Assembly (NCBI GenBank): GCA_034670305.1
Contig: JAXMNT010000031.1
Location: forward strand, 1 to 64,000
DNA: 64,000 bases
Direction of reading: 5' to 3'
From: Deltaproteobacteria bacterium
GTDB taxonomy: Bacteria > Myxococcota_A > Polyangia > Polyangiales > Houyiibacteriaceae
Shown here piece by piece: positions 28,085 to 38,029 of the stretch (positions within the stretch are counted from its first letter, which is position 1; every line of letters starts with the position of its first letter). A model generated the notes under the pieces. The model ran no database searches and was not told the origin of the DNA. It saw only the letters and a program-made list of their open reading frames with translations. The position numbers were made by a program, and so were the translations under genes.

Positions 28085-28674
28085 CATGAGAGGGGCACGG
28101 CCCACCGGACCTGCACGGTTCCCTCAAACGGCGCGAACTGGAGTTCGCGCAACGCGTTGGAGACGCAGCCGACGGTCATCGAAGGGGCCGGGTCGCCACT
28201 CATCTCGTAGCTCGAGACCGCGCCGATGGGTCCGTCGATGTCCACATCCAAGATGAGCGTCCCGCGCGCACCCGGTGCACACATTCGCAAGGGGGTCTGA
28301 AGCTGTTCCACCGCGCTCTGAAGCTCCGCCCGCGACGGTGGATCGAACGCTTCGGTCGGGGGCGGTGCGCGTTCGTGCGTCGGCATGGTCTGCGCGTTCG
28401 CGCTGTGCGGCTGCCGGTCGCGACACACGTCCAGACCGCGGCGTCGCGCGCGGCGCGAGCGACGTGAACTGGAACCGCTCAAGCTGCTCCCGCTGGCGGC
28501 CGCGGCGACGAACACCGCGAGCACGACCACGGCAGCGACCGCGATGCCGATGCCCCGTCCCGCCGCCGAGGCGCGCGCGCGTCGGCATTCCCGCCGCTCT
28601 TCCCGGGTCATGCCCGTGGCGCACGAGGTCGTCGCGAAGAGGATTCCGATCAAAACGAGGGAGACCAAGCGCAT
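28084..28674 (-). CDS. Hypothetical lipoprotein with a C-terminal TonB-C/AgmX-PglI-like domain
   Basis: Start re-called at MRLVSLVLIG..TTSC. C-terminal LRMC..GCVSNALRELQFAPF..VRW pattern. Confidence 0.55.
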   Translation of the reverse strand: MRLVSLVLIGILFATTSCATGMTREERRECRRARASAAGRGIGIAVAAVVVLAVFVAAAASGSSLSGSSSRRSRRARRRGLDVCRDRQPHSANAQTMPTHERAPPPTEAFDPPSRAELQSAVEQLQTPLRMCAPGARGTLILDVDIDGPIGAVSSYEMSGDPAPSMTVGCVSNALRELQFAPFEGTVQVRWAVPLS

Positions 28675-28805
28675 GCGGCACAGCCTCGTGGAACACCCCG
28701 CCGGTTGCAAACGGGTTCGGTCGGCCGCTGCGCGCACCAGCAAATCCCTTCAAGATGCGCCCGTCCCATTGACCCCAGCGGGGTCAAGCGACACCCTCCG
28801 CGGCC

Positions 28806-29966
28806 ATGGATCTCCGCTACACCGACGAACAATCTGCCGTACAACAGTCGGCGCGCGAATTCGCGACCGCCGAAGTGCTTCCGCTCGCCCGGACCCTGGA
28901 CGAAAACAGCGAGTGGCCCACAAAACTCGTCGCGCGCATGGGCGAGATGGGGTTCCTCGGGATCGCCGTGCCCGAGGAATACGGCGGTGCCGGCTTCGAC
29001 TACGTCTCGTACGCGCTCGCGATGATCGAGATCAGCAAGGCATGTGCGTCCACGGGCGTCATCATGTCGGTGAACAACTCCTTGGTCTGCGACCCGCTCC
29101 TCAAGTTCGGAACCGAAGCGCAGAAGAAGGAGTTCCTCACGCCGCTCGCTTCGGGCGCGCAGCTCGGCTGCTTCGGGCTGACCGAACCGAGCAGCGGCTC
29201 GGACGCGTCCGACATGCAGACGGTGGCGGTGCGCGACGGGGACGAGTGGGTGATCAACGGTTCGAAGAACTGGATCACCAACGGTCCGGCGGCCGACATG
29301 ATCCTGGTCTTCTGTTGCACCGATCGCGCCCAAGGATCGCGCGGTACGACCGCGTTCATCGTTCCGAAGGGCACCCCTGGTTTCAAACCTCAGGCCCCGG
29401 ACCACAAGCTCGGCATCCACGCGGCCCACTCCTGCACCATCTTCTTCGAAGACTGCCGCATTCCCGACGCCTACCGGGTCGGTGACGAGGGCGGCGGGTT
29501 CAAGATCGCGATGAACACCCTCGACGGAGGCCGCATCGGCATCGCGTCGCAGGCCATTGGCATCGCGGAGGCCGCGTTCGAGAAAGCGGTCGTCTACGCC
29601 CAGGAGCGCAAGGCGTTCGGAAAGCCGATCGCCAAGCTTCAAGCCATTCAGTTCAAGCTCGCCGACATGGCGATGGACATCGATGCGGCGCGCCTGCTCG
29701 TACTCCGTGCCGCGGAGTTGAAGAACTGGGCGCGCAAGGATCCCAAAGTGCGACACACCCAGGAGTCGGCCATGGCGAAGCTCTTCGCGAGTGAGATGGC
29801 CACCCGGGTGACCCACCAGGCGCTTCAGGTGTTCGGTGGGTACGGCTACTCGAAGGAGTACGACATGGAACGTCACTACCGCGACGCCCGCATCACCGAG
29901 ATCTACGAAGGCACGAGCGAGATCATGCGCCTCGTCATCGCCGGCCAGGCCCTGAGGAACGCTTGA
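28806..29966 (+). CDS. Acyl-CoA dehydrogenase (short-chain type)
   Basis: GCFGLTEPSSGSD, NGSKNWITN, LDGGRIGIA, QVFGGYGY, IYEGTSE motifs. Confidence 0.95.
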   Translation: MDLRYTDEQSAVQQSAREFATAEVLPLARTLDENSEWPTKLVARMGEMGFLGIAVPEEYGGAGFDYVSYALAMIEISKACASTGVIMSVNNSLVCDPLLKFGTEAQKKEFLTPLASGAQLGCFGLTEPSSGSDASDMQTVAVRDGDEWVINGSKNWITNGPAADMILVFCCTDRAQGSRGTTAFIVPKGTPGFKPQAPDHKLGIHAAHSCTIFFEDCRIPDAYRVGDEGGGFKIAMNTLDGGRIGIASQAIGIAEAAFEKAVVYAQERKAFGKPIAKLQAIQFKLADMAMDIDAARLLVLRAAELKNWARKDPKVRHTQESAMAKLFASEMATRVTHQALQVFGGYGYSKEYDMERHYRDARITEIYEGTSEIMRLVIAGQALRNA

Positions 29967-30709
29967 ACATGTTTGAGAATCATTCGATGACCCTTTCGAT
30001 GTGGCGCGGTGTGTGTGTGCTCGTTCTCGCGGCGGCCTGCGTCGCGTGCGGCGGCGACACGAGCGACGAGACCGTCGTCGCCGAGGAAGAGCACACCGCA
30101 GGGCATGAAACCGAGCGCCCGCCCGAAGATCGCAACGTGGCGATCGAAGGGCTGATGGGCACCATCAGCCGGGACGCCGTGGAGCGCGGCATGGAACCCC
30201 GCATGGGCCGCTTCCTGCGTTGCTTCAGTCAGCGCTACGACACCAACGAGGTTCTCGGGGGACGCATCGAGCTCGCGTTTCGGATCCGGGTCGATGGTTC
30301 GGTGCTCTGGGTGTACCCCCGCTCGAGTTCGATCGGGGATCGGGACACCGAGCGTTGCCTTCTGGAGCAGGCGTCGTCCATCCGGTTCGCCCGTCCCCAG
30401 GGCGGCGAAGCGGAGTTCATGTACCCGCTCGATCTCGAGACGCCCGAAGATGTGCGTCCACCGCTCAACTGGACCTCGGATCGGGTCGCATCCGCACTCG
30501 AGACCAACCGCGGTGAGTTGGCCGATTGCGGCCGCGGACCGTTCAGCGTGACCGTTTACATCGCACCCGGCGGCGGCGTCGTCACCGCGGGCGCGTCGGC
30601 GTCGAGCCCGGAGCAGGCGGACTCGCTGGATTGCGTCGCCCGCACCGTCAGCGGCTGGGCCATGCCGGACCCCGGCTCGTACCCGGCCAAGGTCTCGTTC
30701 GACCTCTGA
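29963..30709 (+). CDS. Lipoprotein with AgmX/PglI C-terminal (TonB-C-like) domains
   Basis: Lipobox CVAC. Two RC/DC..F/W..P.G modules. Overlaps both flanking ACAD genes. Confidence 0.7.
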   Translation: MNMFENHSMTLSMWRGVCVLVLAAACVACGGDTSDETVVAEEEHTAGHETERPPEDRNVAIEGLMGTISRDAVERGMEPRMGRFLRCFSQRYDTNEVLGGRIELAFRIRVDGSVLWVYPRSSSIGDRDTERCLLEQASSIRFARPQGGEAEFMYPLDLETPEDVRPPLNWTSDRVASALETNRGELADCGRGPFSVTVYIAPGGGVVTAGASASSPEQADSLDCVARTVSGWAMPDPGSYPAKVSFDL

Positions 30710-31836
30710 TGGAACCGGACGCTGAAACCCGCGTCGCGCTGCGCACGCGCCTCGAACGCGAGGCGCGGACGTTCGCCGACGGGCTTGTCGGCCGGGCCGG
30801 CGCCTTCGAAGCCGACGAGGGCGTGCCCGACGAGGTGTTCCGCGCGCTGGGCGAAAAGGGTTTGATGGCGGTGAACGCGCCGATGGCGCTCGGTGGCCCG
30901 GACGCCGGCACGGTCGCGTACGCGCGGGCGATGATGCAGGTCGCGCGCGGGTGTGCGTCGACCGCGGTCACGATGGCCGTGACCAACATGGTGGGCGAGG
31001 TCGTCGCGCGTTTCGGAACCGAAGAACAGGCCCGCGCATACTGTCCGCGCTTGGCGGGCGGAGAACTCGGCGCGTTCGGACTGAGCGAGGTCGGCGCGGG
31101 CAGCGATCCCGGCGGCATGCGGACGGTGGCGGTGCCGGACGGGGAGGGCTGGGTGCTCGACGGCACCAAACAGTGGATCAGCCATGGCGACGCCTCGTGT
31201 GTGATCGTCGTCTGGGCGCGGACGGACGGCGACGGTTCCCGCGGCCTGAGTTGTTTCCTCGTGCCGGGCGATGCGCCCGGGCTCGGGGTCAGCAGCCACG
31301 AAGACAAGATGGGCTTGCGTGCGAGCCACACCGTCGCGTTGACGTTCGATGGGGTCCGGCTGCCGGCCTCCGCTTTGCTCGGACAGCGGGGCGGCGGGTT
31401 TCCGATCGCGATGATGGCGCTCGATGGCGGCCGCATCGGCATCGCGTCGCAGGCCATCGGCATCGCAACCGGCGCGTACGACGTCGCCGTCGAGTGGATC
31501 CGGTCCAACGAGGCGCGCCGCTCCCAGGCGAACCTGTTCCGGCTCGCCAACATGGCGACCGAGCTCGACGCGGCCCGGCTGCTGGCCTTGCGCGCGGCGC
31601 ATCTCAAAGAAGACGGGTGCTCGTTCACGCGCGAAGCCTCGATCGCGAAAGCCTTCGCCACGGAAGCGGCGTGGCGGGTGTGCAACCTGGCGGTCGATAT
31701 CGTGGGCCACCAAGCCCTGGTGCGCGGACACCGGATCGAGCGGGCACTTCGCGACGTGCGCGTCACCCGGATCTACGAGGGCACCAGCGAAGTGCAGCGG
31801 ATCGTCATCGGTCGCGCGGTGAGCGCGACGGGCTGA
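30709..31836 (+). CDS. Acyl-CoA dehydrogenase
   Basis: Start re-called at MEPDAE (TGATG). GAFGLSE..AGSD, GTKQWISHG, LDGGRIGIA, IYEGTSEVQR. Confidence 0.92.
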   Translation: MEPDAETRVALRTRLEREARTFADGLVGRAGAFEADEGVPDEVFRALGEKGLMAVNAPMALGGPDAGTVAYARAMMQVARGCASTAVTMAVTNMVGEVVARFGTEEQARAYCPRLAGGELGAFGLSEVGAGSDPGGMRTVAVPDGEGWVLDGTKQWISHGDASCVIVVWARTDGDGSRGLSCFLVPGDAPGLGVSSHEDKMGLRASHTVALTFDGVRLPASALLGQRGGGFPIAMMALDGGRIGIASQAIGIATGAYDVAVEWIRSNEARRSQANLFRLANMATELDAARLLALRAAHLKEDGCSFTREASIAKAFATEAAWRVCNLAVDIVGHQALVRGHRIERALRDVRVTRIYEGTSEVQRIVIGRAVSATG

Positions 31837-31848
31837 TAGGCTCCGCGC

Positions 31849-32172
31849 ATGGGCAAGAAGCAGAAGGGCGAGCGCAAGTCCGCCCGCAAGGAGCGGCGGG
31901 CGGAGGAACGCGAACGGGAGAAAGAGTTCGCAGCGATGGCAGAAGCCGCACGGCAAAAGCGCAAACGCTGGCTCATCTTGATCCCGACTCTGACCCTCGT
32001 CGCAGCGGCCGTCTGCTGGTTTGGGCTCGAGGATCGCCGACTCGTCGGCGTCAGCGCGCTCATCGGTGTGTTGCTGTTTCTGATGGTCGCCTTGGGTTCG
32101 ATCGGCGCCGAGGTACAACCTCGGGATCGCACGCGTTCGGGCAGCATCGACTTCGGCACCAGGGACAAGTAG
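31849..32172 (+). CDS. Small membrane protein
   Basis: Charged N-terminus followed by two hydrophobic helices. Confidence 0.7.
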   Translation: MGKKQKGERKSARKERRAEEREREKEFAAMAEAARQKRKRWLILIPTLTLVAAAVCWFGLEDRRLVGVSALIGVLLFLMVALGSIGAEVQPRDRTRSGSIDFGTRDK

Positions 32173-32394
32173 GCCGTTCGCTCGACCCCTGAAGTGTAAG
32201 CAATCTCTCCCTGGTTCGTTCTCCAGCCGACTGGGGAATGCCTGCAAATCCGGGCGAAATCAGCGAGTTGAGTGAAGCGGTGGCCAGGGCCACCCAGATT
32301 GAGTATGAACACCGGCGGCGATTCCCCGTCCAACCTGGACTTGGAATCTCTGCCCAGCCCACGAGCTTGGGCGCGAAAGGATGGAGGGGTCTCG

Positions 32395-33057
32395 ATGAAT
32401 GGAATGCGACTCAGCGCAGTAGTGTTTGTCGCCGTCATGGCGAGCGGTTGCTACGTGCGCGCCACGGGCCGGGTCCCGCGTGCCACGGTGCGGGTTCAAA
32501 CGAACACGCCGCCGCCGCCCAACGCCACCGTCACCGTGAACGCGGGTGCGGGAGGGCAGGCGACCCTGGCATCCGGTGTCACGGTCATCGAGACCAGCTG
32601 TCAGCAGGGCGCCCAGGAGCTGTGCAACGGCCTCGACGACAACTGCGACGGCCAGATCGACGAAGGCTGCGGATACCAGTCGGGCAACATCCAGATCACG
32701 CTCGCGTGGCAGGGTGGTGCGGACCTCGACATGTACGTCACCGACCCCCAGGGCGAGACGATCAGCTACGGCAACACGAACGTGTCGTCGGGCGGTGTGC
32801 TCGACCACGACGCGCGTGGCGCCTGCAACCCGAACGAACCGAACAGCACGATCGAGAACGTCTACTGGAACCAGCCGAACCCGCCGCCCGGCAACTACAA
32901 CGTCGAAGTCCACTACTGGGACGGCAGCGGCTGCAGCACCGGTGCGGGCCCGACCAACATGACCCTCTCGGTCGCGGTCGGCGGACAGGTTCGAGGCGCG
33001 TGGCAGTACACGATTCAGCCGGGACAGCGCATCCCCGTGGTCCAGTTCCCCATCTGA
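32395..33057 (+). CDS. Lipoprotein with a MopE-like Cys/Asp motif and a YfaP/DUF2135-like domain
   Basis: GGAGG RBS, lipobox ASGC, ELCNGLDDNCDGQIDEG, ITLAW...DLDMYVTDP.GE.I.Y and ENVYW. Confidence 0.8.
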   Translation: MNGMRLSAVVFVAVMASGCYVRATGRVPRATVRVQTNTPPPPNATVTVNAGAGGQATLASGVTVIETSCQQGAQELCNGLDDNCDGQIDEGCGYQSGNIQITLAWQGGADLDMYVTDPQGETISYGNTNVSSGGVLDHDARGACNPNEPNSTIENVYWNQPNPPPGNYNVEVHYWDGSGCSTGAGPTNMTLSVAVGGQVRGAWQYTIQPGQRIPVVQFPI

Positions 33058-33079
33058 ACCGGGACCGCTGATCGAAGAG

Positions 33080-33109
33080 ACCTCGCCGTGTGAACGGCGG
33101 GGTTTTTTT
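33080..33109 (+). terminator. Intrinsic terminator
   Basis: ACCTCGCCGT-gtga-ACGGCGGGGT followed by a T-run. Confidence 0.85.
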
Positions 33110-33216
33110 GTGTTTGATGTCTCGGCGCGCAGCCAGGCTCCTGCCTCTCCAGGATGAGCCCTGCGTGGTGGATCAGCTCCTGGGACTTCGGCGGCGGCCT
33201 GCTAGGGTGCGCGACC

Positions 33217-34668
33217 GTGAACGTCGACACCGAACTCCCTCCGCCCGAGCGGCGCATCTTCTGCAACCGAACGCTGAACCTTCGCTCCATCCGCGCGATC
33301 GGTTTCGACATGGATTACACGCTCATTCACTACAACGTGAAGGTGTGGGAAGAACACGCTTACGAGCACGCCAAGCGCCGGCTCGCAGAGCGGGGATGGC
33401 CGGTGACCGCGCTGCGGTTCGACCCGGACTTCGCCTGTCTCGGTCTCGTGCTGGACGTGGAGCGCGGCAACGTCATCAAAGCCAACCGCTTCGGGTTCGT
33501 GAAGCGGGCGTGCCACGGCACCCGCGACATTCCGTACCGCGCCATGCGCGACGTCTACGCCCGTGAGCTGGTGGACCTCTCCGATCCGCAATGGCGGTTC
33601 ATGAATACCCTCTTCGCGCTCTCAGAAGCCTGTCTGTTCGCCCAGGCGGTCGACCTGCTCGACGCTGGCAAACTCGAAGAGCTGGGACCGCTGCACTACC
33701 GCGACGTCTACGCGGCCGTCCGCAGCGCCATCGACGAAGCGCACATGATGGGTGAACTCAAGGCCGAGATCATGGCCGCGCCGGATCGGTTCGTGGAGCT
33801 CGACGAAGAGCTCGCGTTGACGCTCATGGACCTGCGGCACTCCGGCAAGAAGTTGTTGCTCATCACCAACTCGGAGTGGGCGTACAGCGCCCACATGATG
33901 AGCTACGCGTTCGACCGTTTCTGTCCCGAGGGCACGACTTGGCGCGACTTGTTCGACCTGGTGATCGTAAGCGCGCGCAAGCCCGCGTTCTTCGAGGGGC
34001 AGGTGCCGGTCTTCGAGGTCGTCGACGAGGTGGCCGGTACGCTCAAGCCGGTCGTGGGAGCGCTGGAAGAGGGCGGGCTCTACCTCGGCGGACATGCGCG
34101 CCTCGTCGAGCAACTCCTCGACGTCGCCGGCGAAGAGATCCTCTACGTGGGCGACCACATCTTCAGCGACGTGAACGTCAGCAAGAAGATGCATCGCTGG
34201 CGCACCGCGCTCGTGGTTCGGGAGCTGGAAGAAGATCTTCGCGCGCTCGAGGGGTTCAAGCCAAGCCAGAAGGCCCTCTCCCTGATGATGGAAGAGAAGG
34301 AGAAGCTGGAGCACCAGTTCTCCCAGGTCCGGCTCGCGCTCCAGCGCAAAGAGGGCGGCTACGGCCCGCAGGTCGAGGACTCCGCATCGTCGCTCAAGGA
34401 GCAGATCCGCGCCGTGCGCGCGAAGCTCGTGGACCTCGACGCGAAGATCGCGCCGCTCGCGAAAGCGGCCAGCGAACTCTCGCACCCGCGCTGGGGTCTG
34501 CTGATGCGCACCGGCAACGACAAGAGCCATCTGGCACGGCAGATCGAGAAGAACGCAGACATCTACGCCGCGCGGGTCAGCAACCTGCTCTCGCAGACCC
34601 CGTTCGTGTACCTGCGCTCACCGCGCACGAGCCTCCCCCACGACCACGGCCCGTCCGGCGGCGTCTAA
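33217..34668 (+). CDS. HAD-IG family 5'-nucleotidase (cytosolic purine nucleotidase cN-II-like)
   Basis: IFCNRTLNL, GFDMDYTL, LITNS, ARKPAFF, YVGDHIFSD motifs. GTG start chosen. Confidence 0.92.
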   Translation: MNVDTELPPPERRIFCNRTLNLRSIRAIGFDMDYTLIHYNVKVWEEHAYEHAKRRLAERGWPVTALRFDPDFACLGLVLDVERGNVIKANRFGFVKRACHGTRDIPYRAMRDVYARELVDLSDPQWRFMNTLFALSEACLFAQAVDLLDAGKLEELGPLHYRDVYAAVRSAIDEAHMMGELKAEIMAAPDRFVELDEELALTLMDLRHSGKKLLLITNSEWAYSAHMMSYAFDRFCPEGTTWRDLFDLVIVSARKPAFFEGQVPVFEVVDEVAGTLKPVVGALEEGGLYLGGHARLVEQLLDVAGEEILYVGDHIFSDVNVSKKMHRWRTALVVRELEEDLRALEGFKPSQKALSLMMEEKEKLEHQFSQVRLALQRKEGGYGPQVEDSASSLKEQIRAVRAKLVDLDAKIAPLAKAASELSHPRWGLLMRTGNDKSHLARQIEKNADIYAARVSNLLSQTPFVYLRSPRTSLPHDHGPSGGV

Positions 34669-34672
34669 CAAC

Positions 34673-35173
34673 CTAGTTGTCTTCCGGGGTGGGGGGGTCG
34701 AACTCGCCGCGGCAGATTTGCAGCATGCCTTCGACTTCGAGTGCGACTTCGATCTCGGGCCGGGTCATCAGGAACCGCTCGAGGAAGCCGCGCGCTGCGG
34801 CATGTTCGCCGCGCTGAAAGTGCAGCATGCCGAGCAGGTGCAGTCCGTCGGGATCGTCTTTGCGCAGCCGGAGCACCCGGGAGCCCATCTTGAGTGCGCG
34901 GTTGTGGTCGCCCAGCAAGCGCAGCGTGTGGCCTGCGGCGATCATCGCGCCGATGTAGTCCGGCACCAGCTCGATCGCGGCCACGTAGCACTTCAGCGCG
35001 CGCGCGAAGTCGTGTTTTTCGTAGAACGCGTTGCCCAGGAAGAAGTGCGCGTACTCGTTGTCGTTGTGGGCCTCCGCGACCTGCGACAGCTCGGCGACGG
35101 CCTGGTCGAGTTCGCCCACCTGCAGCAGTTCGATGCCCTCTTCGACTTGGTCCCACTTGGTTTCGTCGTTCAC
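34673..35173 (-). CDS. Tetratricopeptide repeat protein
   Basis: Consecutive TPR consensus helices (AHFFLGNAFY, LHLLGMLHFQRG). Confidence 0.85.
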   Translation of the reverse strand: MNDETKWDQVEEGIELLQVGELDQAVAELSQVAEAHNDNEYAHFFLGNAFYEKHDFARALKCYVAAIELVPDYIGAMIAAGHTLRLLGDHNRALKMGSRVLRLRKDDPDGLHLLGMLHFQRGEHAAARGFLERFLMTRPEIEVALEVEGMLQICRGEFDPPTPEDN

Positions 35174-35889
35174 AGGGCTCCGTCTTGGTGCTCGACGAAC
35201 CAGTCTGCAAGCGCCTCGACCAGAAGTCTCCGCTTCGCGGGGTCTTCGGCGAGGTCGTTGCGCAACTCGATCTCGAGGGGGCGCTTGCCATGCTTCAGCG
35301 CGTGCCGCTCTACGCTGTAGATCAGGCCTTCTCTGCCCGAGTAGGGTTCGTTGTAGTCCACCTCGAACCCCGCCTCAGCGCAGCGCGCGCCAAGCGACCG
35401 GGCGGCCTCTTCTTCGGTGTCGAAGAGGATGCCGAGCTCCAAAGTGCGCGGGTTGCCTTCGTAGAGGGGAGTGAAGGTGTGTACGGAGAACATCCAGCGG
35501 GCTGCGCTCGCGGCCGCCGCGGCATCCACCGCAGCGTGGTAGGGCCGGTACAATTGTTCGATGCGGCGCTGCCGCTCGTCGGGCCCGATGCCGGTGTTCA
35601 TCTCGATCGACAGGCCCTCCGCGGTGTCTCGGAACAGGGTCGGAGAGTCTTCGGGACGGTTCGCATCGGCGAGCAGCCGCGAGAAGCGGGCCAGTACCGC
35701 CGGGGCGTGGAGGCGCTCCGCGAGTTCTCGGGTCAATGGGTCGGCCCCAAGATCGTACGACCAGTGGGTCCCTTGCAGCCGAAGATCGGCATCCTTCCAC
35801 ACCCAACCAGGGGGGAACCTCTCCGAGGCGTGTTCGCAAGTGAGCAGGACAGGCCCAGGGCCTGTTACAGTGTCGACAGGATTGGTCAC
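35170..35889 (-). CDS. N-formylglutamate amidohydrolase family protein
   Basis: LLTCEHAS, H.SYDLGA, FSRLLADANR, YRPYH, SVHTFTP, NEPYSG, EIELRND. Start re-called. Confidence 0.88.
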   Translation of the reverse strand: MTNPVDTVTGPGPVLLTCEHASERFPPGWVWKDADLRLQGTHWSYDLGADPLTRELAERLHAPAVLARFSRLLADANRPEDSPTLFRDTAEGLSIEMNTGIGPDERQRRIEQLYRPYHAAVDAAAAASAARWMFSVHTFTPLYEGNPRTLELGILFDTEEEAARSLGARCAEAGFEVDYNEPYSGREGLIYSVERHALKHGKRPLEIELRNDLAEDPAKRRLLVEALADWFVEHQDGAL

Positions 35890-35941
35890 GTAGACGGGAA
35901 GTTGGTTCGGCCGCGCCGGATCGGCAACAATTGAGTTCTCC

Positions 35942-37711
35942 ATGGGGGACGAAGAAGCAAAAGCAGCAGCCCGAGCGCCCGGCGTTCTGGTTCCCGACGA
36001 AGAAGAAGACGGCGCAGCGACGCCGGAGGACGGGGATCTGCCTGTCGCGCTCGGACGCAAGCCCCGCCCCCGCAAAGCCAGCGAACCACGGGTCACCGGC
36101 GTCCCGGTCCCGGACGAGGAGGACGAAGATCCCCCCGCCCCGCCGCTGCTGCGCAAGCCCCTCGCGCGGGTGCCGATCGTGAAGAAAGCCGCGCCCCGCG
36201 GCGGTCTCACTGAGGTGATGGCCGCCACAGCCGCCCGCATCCAGGACCGCACGCCGATCGGGGTGCCGGTGAAAGATCCGGAGCCCCCCCCACCTGCGAA
36301 GAAGGGCACGCTGATGGGGGTCGGCAAGGTGGCTGTCCCCGTGCCGGCGCCCAAGGTGCCCGCCCCAGCGGTCGCGTTGCCCCGTCCCCAACCGAAACCC
36401 GCCGCCCCGCCCGCCGCCGATGAGACCGTGCGCGACTCCGCGCCCCGCATCTCCGACTCCGACATTCTCGACTCCGGGGATCTCGAGGAGCTGCCCGACG
36501 ACGGGGTCGATCTCTTCTCTCCCGCCAGCATCGGCGGTGCCCAGCCATCTGGCCGGACGTCGAACCCACCGCCCGCGCTTCCGGATCTTACGGCGCGACC
36601 CAAACCGCCCGCGCCTCCGCTGCCGATTCGGCGACCCGGCGCGCCGAAGACCCCACCGCCGCCGAGCAAGAGCAAACGGCGCCCGCGCAAGGAAGCGGCC
36701 GCGGCCGCCCTCTCGCTCGAGCCGGCACGCGACTCGGGGATCGACTTCGAAGAGGTCCTTCACGCGCCGCCTTCCGTTCCGCCCGCACCGATGGGTGCGT
36801 CGGACATGCCGCCGCCCGTGCTCGGGCTCTCGGTGTCCCCTCCTCCAGATCGGTCGGCCGGCACGGCCCGGATCATCGCGGTCATCGTGCTGATGGGTGC
36901 GATCGCGGCGGGTGCCTTCTACTTCGGCACCCGACACGGCCGGGACGAGACCCTCGCGCGGTCGGCGAACGAGCCTCGCACCGGGGAGACCGAGACGGAG
37001 ACGGGCACCGAGACCGAGACGGGCACCGAAACCGAGACGGGCACCGAAACCGAGACGGGCACCGAAACCGAGACGGGCACCGAAACCGAGACGGGCGAGC
37101 CGGAGACAGGTACCGAGACCGAGACCGAAACGGGCACCGAGACCGAGACGGGCACCGAGACCGAGACCGCCAGCGGGACCGAGACCGCCACCATGAACGC
37201 GATGGCGATGGGGGGGCGGATGGTGAACACGCCCACGCAGACGGCGTCGACCATGTACGACCCGGCCACGATGCGGTTCGTGCCGGACGGTGCGTCGACC
37301 TCGATGACGACGACGACGGCAACCGCGATGACGACGGGCGCCACCCGCTTCGACCCGGCGAGCGGCATGTTCGTGCCAGTCGACACGCCGGCGGCGATGA
37401 CCACGACCCCGATGCATACCGCCCCGACGATGGCGTCCGACGAGGACCTTCCAGAGGCGCCCACCCGCGAGCAGGTTCAGTCGGCGCTCACCCGGGTCCG
37501 TCCCGCGGTGCAGGCGTGCGTCGAAGGGCACGGCACCGTGCCGGTGCGCATCACGATCGTCTCGTCGGGCCGAGTCACGACGGCGCGGGTGGAAGATGAC
37601 TACTTCGGCCGTGCGCCCACAGGCTCATGCATCGCCCGCGCGGTACGCACCGCGCGCTTCCCCCGGTTCACCCGGGACAGTTTCGTGGTGCTGTACCCCT
37701 TCCATCTCTAG
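35942..37711 (+). CDS. Pro-rich single-pass membrane protein with an ETETGT repeat stalk and C-terminal AgmX/PglI-like domain
   Basis: Pro-rich N-terminus, TM helix, 18-bp coding repeats, Met/Thr-rich segment, VQAC..GSCIARAVR.ARFP.F...YPF. Confidence 0.8.
   Translation: MGDEEAKAAARAPGVLVPDEEEDGAATPEDGDLPVALGRKPRPRKASEPRVTGVPVPDEEDEDPPAPPLLRKPLARVPIVKKAAPRGGLTEVMAATAARIQDRTPIGVPVKDPEPPPPAKKGTLMGVGKVAVPVPAPKVPAPAVALPRPQPKPAAPPAADETVRDSAPRISDSDILDSGDLEELPDDGVDLFSPASIGGAQPSGRTSNPPPALPDLTARPKPPAPPLPIRRPGAPKTPPPPSKSKRRPRKEAAAAALSLEPARDSGIDFEEVLHAPPSVPPAPMGASDMPPPVLGLSVSPPPDRSAGTARIIAVIVLMGAIAAGAFYFGTRHGRDETLARSANEPRTGETETETGTETETGTETETGTETETGTETETGTETETGEPETGTETETETGTETETGTETETASGTETATMNAMAMGGRMVNTPTQTASTMYDPATMRFVPDGASTSMTTTTATAMTTGATRFDPASGMFVPVDTPAAMTTTPMHTAPTMASDEDLPEAPTREQVQSALTRVRPAVQACVEGHGTVPVRITIVSSGRVTTARVEDDYFGRAPTGSCIARAVRTARFPRFTRDSFVVLYPFHL
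36986..37187 (+). repeat. Coding 18-bp tandem repeat (ETETGT)n
   Basis: GAGACGGGCACCGARACC units repeated about ten times. Confidence 0.9.
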
Positions 37712-37815
37712 CAGGTCGCTGAAAAGCGACCTGCTCCCTTGCCGTTGCCCTTGCCCGTGCCCTTGCCCGCGTCGTGGACGCCGTGTGTTTCGCGACGGAG
37801 AGGCCGCGAATCGGT
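37708..37815. repeat. Dispersed ~105-bp intergenic element, copy 2 (inverted relative to 252-357)
   Basis: Begins at CTAG overlapping the stop codon. Hairpin AGCAGGTCGCT-gaaa-AGCGACCTGCT, then a GCCCTT/GCCCGT tract. Confidence 0.9.
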
Positions 37816-38029
37816 CGGTGCTACGCGGCGCAGCTCCGCAGCCGCGCGACGCGTAGGAGGTTGTATGCGGCGCCGGCCAAGTAGGCGGCGAACTGTGTCT
37901 TGCGTCTGCCTCGATATTGTCTCTCGCGCGGGAGGCTCTGGCTCCAGAGCCGTTTCCAAGGGCCCTAAGAAAGCCGAAGGCGTCTGGGCCCGCAGGAACC
38001 CCGCGAGAGACCAGCAATATTCGACAGCG

